A stretch of 63,306 nt of DNA, filler included. It is 9 parts of 9 records of this genome, joined end to end, with 100 filler letters (N's around TTAATTAATTAA, not from the genome) between each part and the next. Parts side by side here need not be neighbours in the genome. Positions count along the whole stretch, not along the records: positions 6,000 to 11,023 come from SRR31147125_90484; positions 11,124 to 17,039 come from SRR31147125_90564; positions 17,140 to 22,774 come from SRR31147125_90739; 6 more parts are not named here. The stretch is one strand, 5' to 3'. Position numbers and translations under genes: made by a program. The notes below the pieces were generated by a model. It had not been told where the DNA came from and ran no database searches. It worked only from the letters and a program-made list of their open reading frames with translations. Shown in pieces: positions 10,057-20,863 of the stretch. Numbering within the stretch: position 1 is the first letter of the stretch; the number at the start of each line of letters is the position of its first letter.

Positions 10057-11023
10057 ATGGCGGACGAGGAGAGCATCTACAACATCATCCCCAAGCCCGT
10101 AGTGGCGCCTCCAAAGCCTCCCCTGTACAAGGTGTGGCGAATCCCTCTCTGTCGTCTTGTAGGCAAGGTCTCACCGCGACCACGACACCCAGTCGATTCA
10201 CCCAGGGAAAGTTGATGCACCTCGACGCAAGGGAGCAACGATGGGCGAAGCACGTTCAAAACCGCCAAACCCACATAACTTCCTTCGCGCTCACGAGAAA
10301 GAACCTCGAGCCGCCCCTCCGGCATGTGAAAAGGAGCGCGTGTCTGCCTACAAGGATTCGACAGGACGCAAGGCCCCCGTTCCCAAACGAGGTGATTGGG
10401 GGTTCATCAACGTGTAGTGGGTGATCCCTGACCAGAGGTGGTCTCCCTCACAGGAGAAGGTCCTATTCAAGGACTGCAAGCAGAGAAGGACTTTGTGTTG
10501 GCGAACAAACTGGAAGCCATGTTGGCTGGTAACGTTGTGTTTGTTGTACATCGTGTGGGAGGATCGCGATGACATTGGAACGGGCACCAGAACCTCCACG
10601 CTCGCAAGCGGAAGCGGATTGGACCAAGAAACCCGAGTATGGACAGCGCCCCGCCTACCTGGACAGTGTCGCAAAGGAGATCCGAGAAGAGCGTGACTAT
10701 TTGCAGAAGATAGAGGAGCAACGGCGACAGGTACGAGGAGTGATCGTTACCCCGATTGATTCACTGTATACCCACCCATTCATCCACTGCAGACGGACGA
10801 GCAACCGTCTCGCGAGAAGGTGTGGCGTGTGGGAATGAATTCTGTCTGAATTGAGTGTGTAGGTGAGTGTCCTGGCTGAAGAGGAAAGACAAGAAATTCT
10901 TTCGGGACTGGTGGAGGCCAAAACAAAGCTTGAAGAGGAGTATAGCAGGCTCCCCCTGAATACGGACACGGCCTATCTGCGTCGACGGTGTGTAGGAAGT
11001 GTGTGTGTGTGTGTGTGTGTGTG
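10057..11023 (+). CDS. ENKUR: Eukaryotic enkurin (flagellar microtubule inner protein), multi-exon; 3'-partial
   Basis: MADEESIYNIIPKPVVAPPKPPLYK start. KKPEYGQRPAYL and EERQEILSGL...EEEYSRLPLNTDT match enkurin hallmarks. Short GT-AG introns. Confidence 0.8.
10999..11023 (+). repeat. (GT)n microsatellite at the contig end; another intronic (GT)n tract lies near 6812-6830
   Basis: Dinucleotide run visible directly. Confidence 0.9.
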
Positions 11024-11321
11024 NNNNNNNNNNNNNNNNNNNNNNNNNNNNNNNNNNNNNNNNNNNNTTAATTAATTAANNNNNNNNNNNNNNNNNNNNN
11101 NNNNNNNNNNNNNNNNNNNNNNNCAATATTAACGTATAATTTTTATTTAATTGCGTGCATCTGTTAAAATTTAAATGGGTAATAATGTTAAGTTCTAAAA
11201 GTTAAGCCGGCTTTACCTTACAGAACAAATACATAATTTGTTGAAAAAAGCTTTTTAAAAAGGACACAGAAACAGCCAACAACTTCTATTTTTGTCGTTT
11301 GACAATTTAATAATTTAGATA

Positions 11322-13649
11322 GTGCTCGATTACTTAAAAGAATTAAATCCGGTTCAGCATGAAGCTGTTGTTCGCACCGAAGGCCCTTCGTTGGTTATTG
11401 CCGGTGCCGGCTCGGGAAAAACACGTGTTTTAACATACCGCATTGCGCATTTACTTAAACAAGGTGCAAAACCATATAATATTTTGTCGTTGACTTTTAC
11501 CAATAAAGCAGCGCGCGAAATGAAAGAACGTATTTCTAAAGTTGCCGGCGAAGGTGTTGCCCGCTACCTTTGGATGGGTACATTTCACAGCATATTTTCA
11601 AGGATTCTGCGGGTTGAGCACGAAACAATTGGTTACCCGTCGAATTTTACCATTTACGACAGTGCCGACAGCAAAAGTCTTCTCAAAACCATCATAAAGA
11701 ATTTTCAGATGGATGATAAGATATATAAGCCGGGTGTTGTTGCAAGTAGGATATCGATGGCTAAAAACAACCTGATTACTCCAATGGCGTATGCCAATTC
11801 TCCCGAAATACGTTCGGTAGATAAAAATATGCGCATGCCACAAATTGCCCAGATTTATAAAGAATATGCCAAACGTTGCAAGTTGTCGGGAGCAATGGAT
11901 TTCGATGATTTATTATTGGTTACGAACCTGCTTTTCCGCGACCATCCTGATGTGCTGGAAAAATACCAGGACCGTTTTGGTTATGTTATGGTAGACGAGT
12001 ACCAGGATACCAATTACGCGCAGTATCTGATTATAAAGAAACTGGCAGCAAAACATAAAAATATTTGTGTGGTTGGCGACGATGCCCAAAGTATTTATTC
12101 ATTCCGCGGGGCAAGAATTGAAAACATTCTGAATTTTAAAAACGATTACCCGGGGCACAAAACGTTTAAACTGGAGCAAAACTACCGTTCTACACAAACC
12201 ATTGTAAACGCTGCAAACAGTATAATCTCGCAAAACAAAAAGCAAATTCCCAAAAAGGTTTTTTCTGAAAATGCGCTTGGAGCTCCAATAAAAATTATAT
12301 CGGCTTTAACCGATAACGAAGAAGGATTTTTGGTTGCACAGGAAATTTCGCAATTACAATTACGCGACCACTGCCAGTTTCTCGATTTTGCCATTTTATA
12401 CCGTACCAATGCACAGTCGAGAATTTTTGAAGAATCGTTGCGAAAACGTAATATTCCTTACAAAATTTATGGAGGACTGAGTTTCTACCAACGCAAAGAA
12501 ATTAAAGACCTGCTGAGTTATTTTAGGATGACAATAAACTCTGCAGATAACGAGGCGCTGAAAAGAATCATCAATTATCCGACGCGCGGAATTGGGCAAA
12601 CCACCATGACCAAATTGGAAACTGCTGCCAATGCCAACGAAAAATCGATTTGGGATACTATACGGGCGCTGCCAACGGTTAATCCAGCTAAGTTAAATAA
12701 AGGCACGGTTAGTAAAATCATAAATTTTGTAACGTTAATCGAGAAATTTAACAAAGTTGCCCAGGAAAGCGATGCCTTTGATACTGCCAAAACCATTGCT
12801 GAACAAACCGGTATTTTAAAAGAATTGTACAACGACAAATCTCCGGAAGGGATGAGTCGTCATGAAAATATTCAGGAATTATTAAACGGTATTCAGGAGT
12901 TTACAATTTCGGCAAAAGAACAGGGAGAATCGGACAAATTGGCAACCTACCTCGAAGATGTTGCCTTGCTTACCGACCAGGATAACGAAAAAGATGAAGA
13001 CAAAAATAAAGTGACACTAATGACAGTGCACTCGGCAAAAGGTCTCGAATTTAAAAATGTTTTTGTGGTGGGCATGGAAGAAAACCTTTTCCCGTCGCAA
13101 CGACAAGGAGAAAAAGCCACCATGGAATCGTTGGAGGAAGAACGCCGATTATTTTATGTTGCCATTACCCGCGCCGAACATAATGCATGTCTTTCGTTTG
13201 CCAACCAACGCTACCGCTGGGGAAATCTAGATTTTTGTACACCAAGCCGTTTCCTGGAAGAATTAGACGAAAGATTCATAGACAAACAAGGCGTACAGAA
13301 TATGCCAGCCAATTCACAACAGCCACAAGAGAACCTATCATACAGTTCTCCGGCACAACGATTTGCCCGCCGACAGGCTTCCGGAGATATAAAAAAGCCT
13401 GAGAATCAAAACATTTTAAATAAAAAACTCGTTTCTCTGAAAGAAACAAACAGAGCACAAAATGCGTTTCAAGCCGACGATGCCTCAAAAATACAGGCAG
13501 GAATGGTTGTTACGCATCAGCGCTTTGGCGATGGGAAAGTTCTTAGAATTGATGGTGTGCCACCTAATTTAAAAGCCACGGTTTTCTTTCAGAATATGGG
13601 TCAGAAACAGTTATTGTTAAAGTTTGCCAGGCTTAAAATTAAAGGCTAA
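11322..13649 (+). CDS. pcrA: ATP-dependent DNA helicase UvrD/PcrA
   Basis: AGAGSGKT, VDEYQDTN, VVGDDAQSIY, HSAKGLEF, EEERRLFYVAITRA, C-terminal Tudor-like HQRFGDG. Confidence 0.95.
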   Translation: MLDYLKELNPVQHEAVVRTEGPSLVIAGAGSGKTRVLTYRIAHLLKQGAKPYNILSLTFTNKAAREMKERISKVAGEGVARYLWMGTFHSIFSRILRVEHETIGYPSNFTIYDSADSKSLLKTIIKNFQMDDKIYKPGVVASRISMAKNNLITPMAYANSPEIRSVDKNMRMPQIAQIYKEYAKRCKLSGAMDFDDLLLVTNLLFRDHPDVLEKYQDRFGYVMVDEYQDTNYAQYLIIKKLAAKHKNICVVGDDAQSIYSFRGARIENILNFKNDYPGHKTFKLEQNYRSTQTIVNAANSIISQNKKQIPKKVFSENALGAPIKIISALTDNEEGFLVAQEISQLQLRDHCQFLDFAILYRTNAQSRIFEESLRKRNIPYKIYGGLSFYQRKEIKDLLSYFRMTINSADNEALKRIINYPTRGIGQTTMTKLETAANANEKSIWDTIRALPTVNPAKLNKGTVSKIINFVTLIEKFNKVAQESDAFDTAKTIAEQTGILKELYNDKSPEGMSRHENIQELLNGIQEFTISAKEQGESDKLATYLEDVALLTDQDNEKDEDKNKVTLMTVHSAKGLEFKNVFVVGMEENLFPSQRQGEKATMESLEEERRLFYVAITRAEHNACLSFANQRYRWGNLDFCTPSRFLEELDERFIDKQGVQNMPANSQQPQENLSYSSPAQRFARRQASGDIKKPENQNILNKKLVSLKETNRAQNAFQADDASKIQAGMVVTHQRFGDGKVLRIDGVPPNLKATVFFQNMGQKQLLLKFARLKIKG

Positions 13650-13770
13650 TAAGTGTTTATGCTCAAATAGTTCGTGATTTATCGCGAATTCATTACTTTT
13701 GCACATCACTTCTGAAACAAATCCCAAATTTTAATGTTGAAAAACGATTCGTTTCAAAAAAGTATTTTAC

Positions 13771-14355
13771 ATGGATTATAATTCGAATAGAAAAAAACTT
13801 GCACTTCCTGAATACGGAAGAAATATACAAAACATGGTTGATTATTTGTTAACCATTGAAGACAAAGACAAGAGAAATAAATCGGCACAAACAGTTATCG
13901 ATGTTATGGGTAACCTCTACCCATACTTACGCGATGTACCCGAGTTTAAACATAAACTTTGGGATCACCTTGCAATTATGGCCGATTTTAAATTAGACAT
14001 TGACTATCCGTACGATCCACCATCACCAGATATTCTTACCGAAAAGCCTAACACAGTACCATACAATCAGCACTATATTAAATATAAACACTATGGTCGC
14101 ACCATAGAAAAAATGATTAAAGAAGCTGATAAATTCGAGGGCGAAGAACGCGAGATTATGATTGAACAACTGGCCAATCACATGAAAAAGTCGTATTTGG
14201 CCTGGAATAAAGATGCCGTTGAAGATCAAAAGATTTTTAAAGATCTTGATGAGTTATCGAATGGTAAACTTAAGCCTAAAGAAGGACTTCTACTTGCCGA
14301 TGCAAAAACATTGATTGGTAAAAAGAAAAAACCTCAGAACAAGAAAAAGAAATAA
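13771..14355 (+). CDS. DUF4290-like Bacteroidota conserved protein
   Basis: MDYNSNRKKLALPEYGRNIQNMVDY...KLWDHL. Sits directly upstream of murA, the usual context. Confidence 0.8.
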   Translation: MDYNSNRKKLALPEYGRNIQNMVDYLLTIEDKDKRNKSAQTVIDVMGNLYPYLRDVPEFKHKLWDHLAIMADFKLDIDYPYDPPSPDILTEKPNTVPYNQHYIKYKHYGRTIEKMIKEADKFEGEEREIMIEQLANHMKKSYLAWNKDAVEDQKIFKDLDELSNGKLKPKEGLLLADAKTLIGKKKKPQNKKKK

Positions 14356-14382
14356 TCCTTACCAACTTTAATTCGTGCCCCA

Positions 14383-15687
14383 ATGTCGACATTCAAAATT
14401 GAAGGTGGCTACAAATTAGCTGGCGAGATTGAGCCACAAGGAGCCAAAAACGAAGCACTGCAAATTATTTGTGCTACTCTGCTGAGTTCGGAAGATATTT
14501 TCATTGAGAATATTCCTGAAATAAGGGATGTTTTAAAATTGATTGAAATATTAAATGACCTCGGTGTTGAAGTAGAACGATTACAAAAAGGCCATTTCCG
14601 GTTTAATGCTGAAAATGTAAACATCGATTATCTGAAAACCTCGGAATATGCTGAAAAGGCTGCTGTTCTTAGAGGTTCGATTATGATAGTTGGGCCACTG
14701 CTAACTCGTTTCGGGCAAGCATTTATTCCACAGCCGGGTGGCGACAAAATTGGACGTCGCAGAGTAGACACCCATTTTATTGGCCTGCAAAAACTGGGTG
14801 CTTCATTCAATTTCGATCAGGAAAATCAGTGGTATTCGGTTACCTCTGAAAAACTTGCAGGTTCGTATATGTTGCTCGACGAAGCCTCGGTTACAGGTAC
14901 TGCCAATATAGTTATGGCAGCTGTTTTAGCCGAAGGAACCACAACCATTTACAATGCGGCCTGCGAACCTTATTTACAGCAACTTTGCAGAATGCTGGTT
15001 GCAATGGGAGCAAAAATCAATGGAATTGGCTCTAATTTGCTTGTCATAAATGGCGTTGCTTCGCTAAAAGGTTGTAATCACCGAATACTTCCCGACATGA
15101 TTGAAGTGGGCAGTTTTATTGGTTTAGCGGCTATGACTGCTTCTGAAATTTTGATTAAAAACGTGGGAATTGAACACCTCGGAATTATTCCTGAATCGTT
15201 CAGGAGACTGGGAATTAAGGTGGAACAACCCGGCGACGATTTGCTGGTAAAAGACACCGAGCATTACGAAATAGAATCGTACATTGATGGTTCGATTATG
15301 ACTATTGCTGACGCTCCCTGGCCCGGACTTACCCCAGACCTTTTAAGTGTTTTTCTTGTAATAGCAACACAAGCAAAAGGCAGTGTTCTTATTCACCAAA
15401 AAATGTTCGAGAGCCGTCTTTTCTTTGTGGATAAACTAATTGATATGGGCGCCCAAATTATTCTTTGCGATCCGCACCGGGCTACCGTTATTGGTCTCGA
15501 CCGTAAACATTGTTTGCGTTCCACAAAAATGGTTTCGCCCGATATTCGTGCCGGTATTGCTTTGCTAATTGCAGCCATGTCGGCAAAAGGAACAAGCACC
15601 ATCGACAATATTGAACAAATCGATCGGGGTTACGAAAATATTGATGGAAGGCTAAATGCACTGGGTGCAAAAATTTCACGCTCGTAA
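14383..15687 (+). CDS. murA: UDP-N-acetylglucosamine 1-carboxyvinyltransferase
   Basis: GAKN, LRGS, PGGDKIGRR (Asp at the Cys115-equivalent position), SVTGTAN, DIRAG, IDRGYE. Confidence 0.95.
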   Translation: MSTFKIEGGYKLAGEIEPQGAKNEALQIICATLLSSEDIFIENIPEIRDVLKLIEILNDLGVEVERLQKGHFRFNAENVNIDYLKTSEYAEKAAVLRGSIMIVGPLLTRFGQAFIPQPGGDKIGRRRVDTHFIGLQKLGASFNFDQENQWYSVTSEKLAGSYMLLDEASVTGTANIVMAAVLAEGTTTIYNAACEPYLQQLCRMLVAMGAKINGIGSNLLVINGVASLKGCNHRILPDMIEVGSFIGLAAMTASEILIKNVGIEHLGIIPESFRRLGIKVEQPGDDLLVKDTEHYEIESYIDGSIMTIADAPWPGLTPDLLSVFLVIATQAKGSVLIHQKMFESRLFFVDKLIDMGAQIILCDPHRATVIGLDRKHCLRSTKMVSPDIRAGIALLIAAMSAKGTSTIDNIEQIDRGYENIDGRLNALGAKISRS

Positions 15688-15788
15688 GCAATCATAAATC
15701 TTTTCCGGGCATTAAACATTCCAAAGAAATTTCTGTTTATTTTACATTATCATTTTTTTACGGCACTAAAAACAAAACAAGAATTACC

Positions 15789-16301
15789 ATGAAAAAATTA
15801 GTAGTACTAACCACAGTTATTTTTTCTGTTATACTGAATCTGAATGCACAAAAACTTGGAACATCGATTGGAAATAAAGCTCCTGAATTAATTGGAGAAA
15901 CGCCCGATGGGAAAACAATTAAATTATCTGACACAAGAGGAAAACTTGTATTAATCGACTTTTGGGCAAGTTGGTGCCGCCCTTGCAGAATGGAAAATCC
16001 AACCGTGGTAAACGCCTATAAAAACTTCAAAAACAAAAAATTTACAAACGGCAAAGGCTTTGTTGTTTTTAATGTGTCGCTCGACAGTAAGAATGAAAAT
16101 TGGAAAGCCGCAATAAAAAAAGACAAGCTCGACTGGCCTTATCACATTAGCGACTTAAAGGGCTGGCAATCGAAACATGGTTCAATTTATGGAGTACGCA
16201 CAATTCCCAGCAATTTTTTAATTGACAAAGATGGAATTATAATTGCCAGGCAGCTCCGAGGGCCGTCACTTGAAGCTACACTTAAAAGGTACGTAAAGTA
16301 A
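15789..16301 (+). CDS. TlpA-family thioredoxin-like disulfide reductase, exported
   Basis: Signal peptide and DFWASWCRPCR. Confidence 0.9.
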   Translation: MKKLVVLTTVIFSVILNLNAQKLGTSIGNKAPELIGETPDGKTIKLSDTRGKLVLIDFWASWCRPCRMENPTVVNAYKNFKNKKFTNGKGFVVFNVSLDSKNENWKAAIKKDKLDWPYHISDLKGWQSKHGSIYGVRTIPSNFLIDKDGIIIARQLRGPSLEATLKRYVK

Positions 16302-16357
16302 AACGCAAAGCAGCTAAGTTTAATAAGCTCAGTTAGATTAACAATATTATAAATCAT

Positions 16358-16397
16358 ACAAATTGGCACTTGAAATATAATTCAGGTGCCAATTTGT
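16358..16397. promoter_or_regulatory. Inverted repeat upstream of grpE (operator or terminator)
   Basis: ACAAATTGGCAC...GTGCCAATTTGT, perfect 12-bp arms. Confidence 0.55.
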
Positions 16398-16411
16398 CGT
16401 TTATTTTTGCA

Positions 16412-16427
16412 TGGCAAAATTTTTGCT
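16412..16427 (+). promoter_or_regulatory. Putative sigma-54 (-24/-12) promoter of grpE
   Basis: TGGCAAAATTTTTGCT has GG-N10-GC spacing, about 30 nt upstream of the ATG. Confidence 0.5.
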
Positions 16428-16457
16428 ACATAAGCGTAGCATTAAAAATGGATTAAA

Positions 16458-17039
16458 ATGGCAGAAGAAAAAGTAAATAAAGAAACTGAAGAAGTAAAAG
16501 ATACAGCTCCAAAAACAGAAGAGCCTGCAACTGAGCAGGAAGCAAAATCTGAAGAGAAAAAGGAGAAAAAGAAAAAATCGAAGAAGGAGAAAAAAGAGGA
16601 CAAAGTTGAAGAACTTGGACAAAAACTGGCAGACCTTCAGGACAAACACCTGCGCCTGCAAGCCGAATTCGATAATTTCAGAAGAAGAACAATAAAAGAA
16701 AAAGCCGACCTTATTAAATCGGGTGGTGAATCGGTATTGGTAAATATACTACCGGTAATTGACGATTTTGAACGTGCTTTAGATTCGTTAAAAGAACTGG
16801 CCGACGATGATGCCGGCAAACAAGGAACTGTTCTTATCTACAATAAATTTGAGGAGTTTCTGAAACAAAATAACGTTAAGGAAATTGAAGCACAAAGCCA
16901 GCCTTTCGATGTTGATTTACACGAAGCTATTACAAAAATTCCGGCTCCAACCGAGGAACTAAAAGGGAAAGTGGTTGACGTAATTCAGAAAGGGTACTCT
17001 TTAAACGAAAAGGTAATCCGATTTGCCAAAGTTGTAATC
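16458..17039 (+). CDS. grpE: Nucleotide exchange factor GrpE; last codons cut by contig end
   Basis: LRLQAEFDNFRRR, LPVIDDFERAL, FDVDLHEAI, KGYSLNEKVIRFAKVV. Confidence 0.95.
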
Positions 17040-17139
17040 NNNNNNNNNNNNNNNNNNNNNNNNNNNNNNNNNNNNNNNNNNNNTTAATTAATTAANNNNN
17101 NNNNNNNNNNNNNNNNNNNNNNNNNNNNNNNNNNNNNNN

Positions 17140-19162
17140 TCATCCAGAAAAAAGGGCGCTGTGTGTACGTGGCTCCCTTAAAGGCTCTGGCAGAAGAAAA
17201 GCGAAAGGAGTTTCAAACACTATGCGACATGGTCGCCTCACAGGGTGGGCCGAAAATCCGACTCTGCATCACGACGGGGGATTATCAGTTAACAGGTGAC
17301 TTTCTGGGATCTCCCCCGCCTGAAGATGGTGAACTGATCGTTTGTACCCCTGAGCGATTGGAGATTCTGCTTCGATCGAGTGAGAGCATTTTTTGGGCAA
17401 GAGGCGTCAGCACATTTGTCCTGGATGAGTTCCACCTTTTAGGGGATGGGCACCGTGGTGCAACAGTTGAAATTTTAGTCACACGTATCTTGGCGTCGTG
17501 CCCATGGTCCAGGATCGTAGCGTTATCGGCAACGATGGGCGGATTGGATGAGGTGGGAGATTGGATCGGAAAAAATGGTGTGCCTGTAAGGATCATTGAA
17601 AACGATTGGCGCTATCCAGTATTGCATCGCAGCATAATTTCAATCGAAAACAAGGAAGATTATACCTTCAAGATGGTCACTGATATATTGAAGGATTCTG
17701 GTCGATCGTTGCTCATCTTTGTGAATCAGAAACGTGAAGCTGAACAGTTATCCAAAAAATTACAAAAAGAATTTAAGGCAAATGAAACGGAAATATCATT
17801 TCTGCATGCCGGGCTAACACTTAAACGTCGCACCGAACTTCAAAACGATTTAATGACCGGGGTCAAAAGGGTGTTGGTTACAACCACGGCACTAAAGATG
17901 GGCATCGATGCCCCGGTGACGGATGTGCTGATCTATGATGTTTTTTTTTGGGGTCGAAGAGGACGGGCCTTTCTTTCGTATTCAGATTTACTCCAAATGA
18001 CAGGACGGGCAGGCCGGAGGGATCGGCCCGGTAATGCGGTTATCCTTGCCACTGAGGATCAGGCACAATCCATCACTAAGCTCTTTCAGGCAAACCTTGT
18101 CGATCCCTTAAGACCTCAATTGATAAAGGAAGGACAAAGGCATAATACTTCCGACCAACCCGACCCTATTTTGTCGCTATTATTATCTGAAATTGCCGTT
18201 CAGGACCGGTGCGCGTCGTCCCACTTAAATAAATACCTAAACCACACTTTTTCTTGTAAAAATTTGGTCCAATAGATTGCTTAAAGCACGTCAACGAGTT
18301 AGTGCGGTTGAAACTGGCTTATCGCGGTGAAGATGATCCAGACGCGGTTCTTCCAACAAAGCTCGGTAAAACAGTATCCGGTACAGGGTTCTCGCCGGAA
18401 AGCGGCGCTATTATGGCCGGATTCCTACGAGCATTGATAAAGCTTGACCAAAAATATGAAGAAAAAAAGGGCCGCCGTTTTGGATATCTGCGCAGGATTA
18501 CGGATCTTGATCTGCTTTTTATTTGCTGTTCATGTTTTGAATGCCGGGATGCCTGGCTGAAAGCGCCATCCAAACAGGTAATTGCTGACATTCAGGAATT
18601 CATCGAGTCATTACATCCAGATGAAAAGCCCATCGTTAATCTATGGCGAGATGAGAATTCGGCAGAATATCCAACAAAACGCTTGCTGATCACCTTAAAA
18701 ATTCAGACTTCAGATGGCAAGAAAGGTAGTGCCGAAAAAACTTTTTACCGAATTTTGCGAACAACTGTTTTGCTATACCAGCATGCCCATGGCATTCCAC
18801 TGGTCAGACTGGCCACCAAGTTTAAAACATCTTTAGGGGAGATTGAAAACAACTTAAAGTTCTCTACTCTCTGGCTCCTTAGCTGCCTATCACAGATATG
18901 TAACGGCAAGCGCTGTTATAAATTCGATTTTTTAATGATAAAAGCCCTGAAACTCATTGAATGCATTGCCGTTGGTTCAGAACTGGGCGAACTTTTAACC
19001 ATAAAAGGGGTTGGGCGAAATTCCATTGAAAAACTTGTGGAGGGTGGATTTCAAAAAATTGACGATTTGGTCTCGGTTCCACTTACGATGTTGATCGACT
19101 TAGGGATTCGAGAACGACAAGCTGGCTTAATTAGAAATCAGATCAGCAGGGGATTTCGCTAA
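17140..19162 (+). CDS. Ski2/Hel308-like SF2 (DExH) helicase with C-terminal helix-hairpin-helix; 5'-partial; one frameshift near 18260
   Basis: APLKALAEEK, TPER, LDEFH, LSAT, LHAGL, QMTGRAGR, IKGVGRNS. One extra A in AAAAA near 18258-18262 joins ORFs 17163-18275 and 18302-19162. Confidence 0.8.
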
Positions 19163-19205
19163 ACTCATTGGGTGAAACATTTCTAAAGGGAGTTTTTAAA
19201 GTTTT

Positions 19206-19226
19206 TATTAACGTATTAGGTTAATA
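19206..19226. promoter_or_regulatory. Probable HigA operator palindrome
   Basis: TATTAAC-N7-GTTAATA just upstream of the toxin gene. Confidence 0.6.
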
Positions 19227-19248
19227 CATTTCTTGACTTGGACTTACG

Positions 19249-19596
19249 ATGGTCATATCATTCAAAAATAAGAAGCTTCAGAAATTATTTAACGAGGGTG
19301 CTCAACTGGAAAAGGTTCATGGCACATTACGCGCCAAGAAAATCCGTATTCGCATGAAGGAGTTGAGAGCAGTCAGGAATTTGAAGGACTTCTGGCCACC
19401 CAAAAGCCCGCCAGGGCGGTGTCATGAGTTGACTGGGGGAAAGCGTTCTGGACAACTGTCTGTGGATTTAGACCATCCCTATCGACTCATTTTTATTCCT
19501 GATCATGATCCTGTTCCGTACCTCGATGATGGCGGTTTGGAGTGGTCCCAGGTGACTGCTATAAAGATCCTTGGAGTGGAGGATACTCATGGATGA
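19249..19596 (+). CDS. higB: HigB-like (RelE/ParE superfamily) toxin
   Basis: MVISFKNKKLQKLF...RCHELTG..SGQLSVDLDHPYRLIFIP. Toxin precedes antitoxin. Confidence 0.85.
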   Translation: MVISFKNKKLQKLFNEGAQLEKVHGTLRAKKIRIRMKELRAVRNLKDFWPPKSPPGRCHELTGGKRSGQLSVDLDHPYRLIFIPDHDPVPYLDDGGLEWSQVTAIKILGVEDTHG

Positions 19597-20674
19597 GAAT
19601 TTATTGAACAGATATGTTCCGGACTATTTGGTCACACCGGGTGAGGTTGTGGCCGAATATCTGGAGTCATTGGGTATGACCCAGGCTGAGTTGGCCGCAA
19701 GGACCGGGCTGACCAAAAAGACCATTAATGAAATCATTAAGGGCAAAGCCCCGATAACTTCAGAAACGGCTTTGAAACTGGAAAGATCTATAGGCCGACC
19801 AGCCCATTTTTGGAATAATTTGGAAATCCAGTTCCAAGAGGACCGCACTCGTCTCGCTGAAGAACAGAGACTAAAATCGCACTCGGATTGGCTAAAAAGG
19901 GTACCGGTCAGCCCTTTGGTCAAGTTGGGATGGATTGCCCGACAAAATGATAAAATTTCGCAACTTAAAGAGGTCCTGAAATTTTTCGGTGTCGCTTCCC
20001 CTGAAGAGTGGAAAACGATTTGGCGGGAATATCAAGTCGCCTATAGACAGACACAGCGGTTTGAGTCAAACGCTGAGTCGGTTTCGGCCTGGCTCAGGAG
20101 AGGTGAAATTGAGGCTGGGCAGATTTCCTGTCGACCATTTAATAAAAAGCGATTCCTATTAGTTCTCGAGGGAATTCGTAAGCTGACCTTGGAATCACCT
20201 GCTGTTTTCCAGGAAAGATTAATATCTCTTTGCGCATCTGCAGGCGTTGCTGTGGTTTTTGTTCCGGAACTTCCCAAAACAGGGGTTTATGGCGTCACCC
20301 GTTGGCTGGGCGATAAGGCGATTATTCAGCTGAGCTTGCGATACAAAAGCAATGACAATCTATGGTTCACCTTTTTTCATGAAGCGGGCCATATTATCAA
20401 GCATGGGCGTAAAGAAATTTTTATCGAAGGCAATGGCCTGGATGATAAAAAAGAGAAAGAAGCTGATGCATTTGCTCGTGACAGATTGATTCCGCCAGCT
20501 GAATACAAGCGGTTCCTTGCTTTATGGGATGGCCGGTCCTTGGCGCCCATAGAAAGTTTTGCAAATAGAATTAACATCGCTCCCGGTGTAGTTGTTGGTC
20601 GTTTACAGCACGAAAAGCGGTTGCCCAATTCGCATGGGAATAAACTCAAGGTATTTTATCGTTGGTCTGTTTAA
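19589..20674 (+). CDS. higA: HigA-family antitoxin with C-terminal ImmA/IrrE-type metallopeptidase domain
   Basis: PGEV...MTQAELAARTG...INEIIKGKAPIT HTH and FFHEAGH (HExxH). ATG at 19589 overlaps the end of higB. Confidence 0.85.
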   Translation: MDENLLNRYVPDYLVTPGEVVAEYLESLGMTQAELAARTGLTKKTINEIIKGKAPITSETALKLERSIGRPAHFWNNLEIQFQEDRTRLAEEQRLKSHSDWLKRVPVSPLVKLGWIARQNDKISQLKEVLKFFGVASPEEWKTIWREYQVAYRQTQRFESNAESVSAWLRRGEIEAGQISCRPFNKKRFLLVLEGIRKLTLESPAVFQERLISLCASAGVAVVFVPELPKTGVYGVTRWLGDKAIIQLSLRYKSNDNLWFTFFHEAGHIIKHGRKEIFIEGNGLDDKKEKEADAFARDRLIPPAEYKRFLALWDGRSLAPIESFANRINIAPGVVVGRLQHEKRLPNSHGNKLKVFYRWSV

Positions 20675-20863
20675 TTCTGGTTAGAAAAAGGGGTAGAATT
20701 TGGGGGTGGTTTGCAAGAGCATTACCTAAGTCTGCGGCCATTAGGGGGAGGATATTCGCCCCTATCTATAACGGAATAAGAAACACTTTTGTTTTACACT
20801 GGCACCGGAGATGTTGGGGTATCATAGTGTAAACTTTCTATTCAATCTCGTTAGTGGACGAAC

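Noticed and set aside
6000-11023. Alternative genetic code, pseudogene decay or many short bacterial ORFs
   Set aside because: In the exons I traced, removing GT-AG introns restores open frames in the standard code.
16363-16392. CIRCE/HrcA operator before grpE
   Set aside because: The spacer is 12 nt rather than 9 and the arms deviate from TTAGCACTC.
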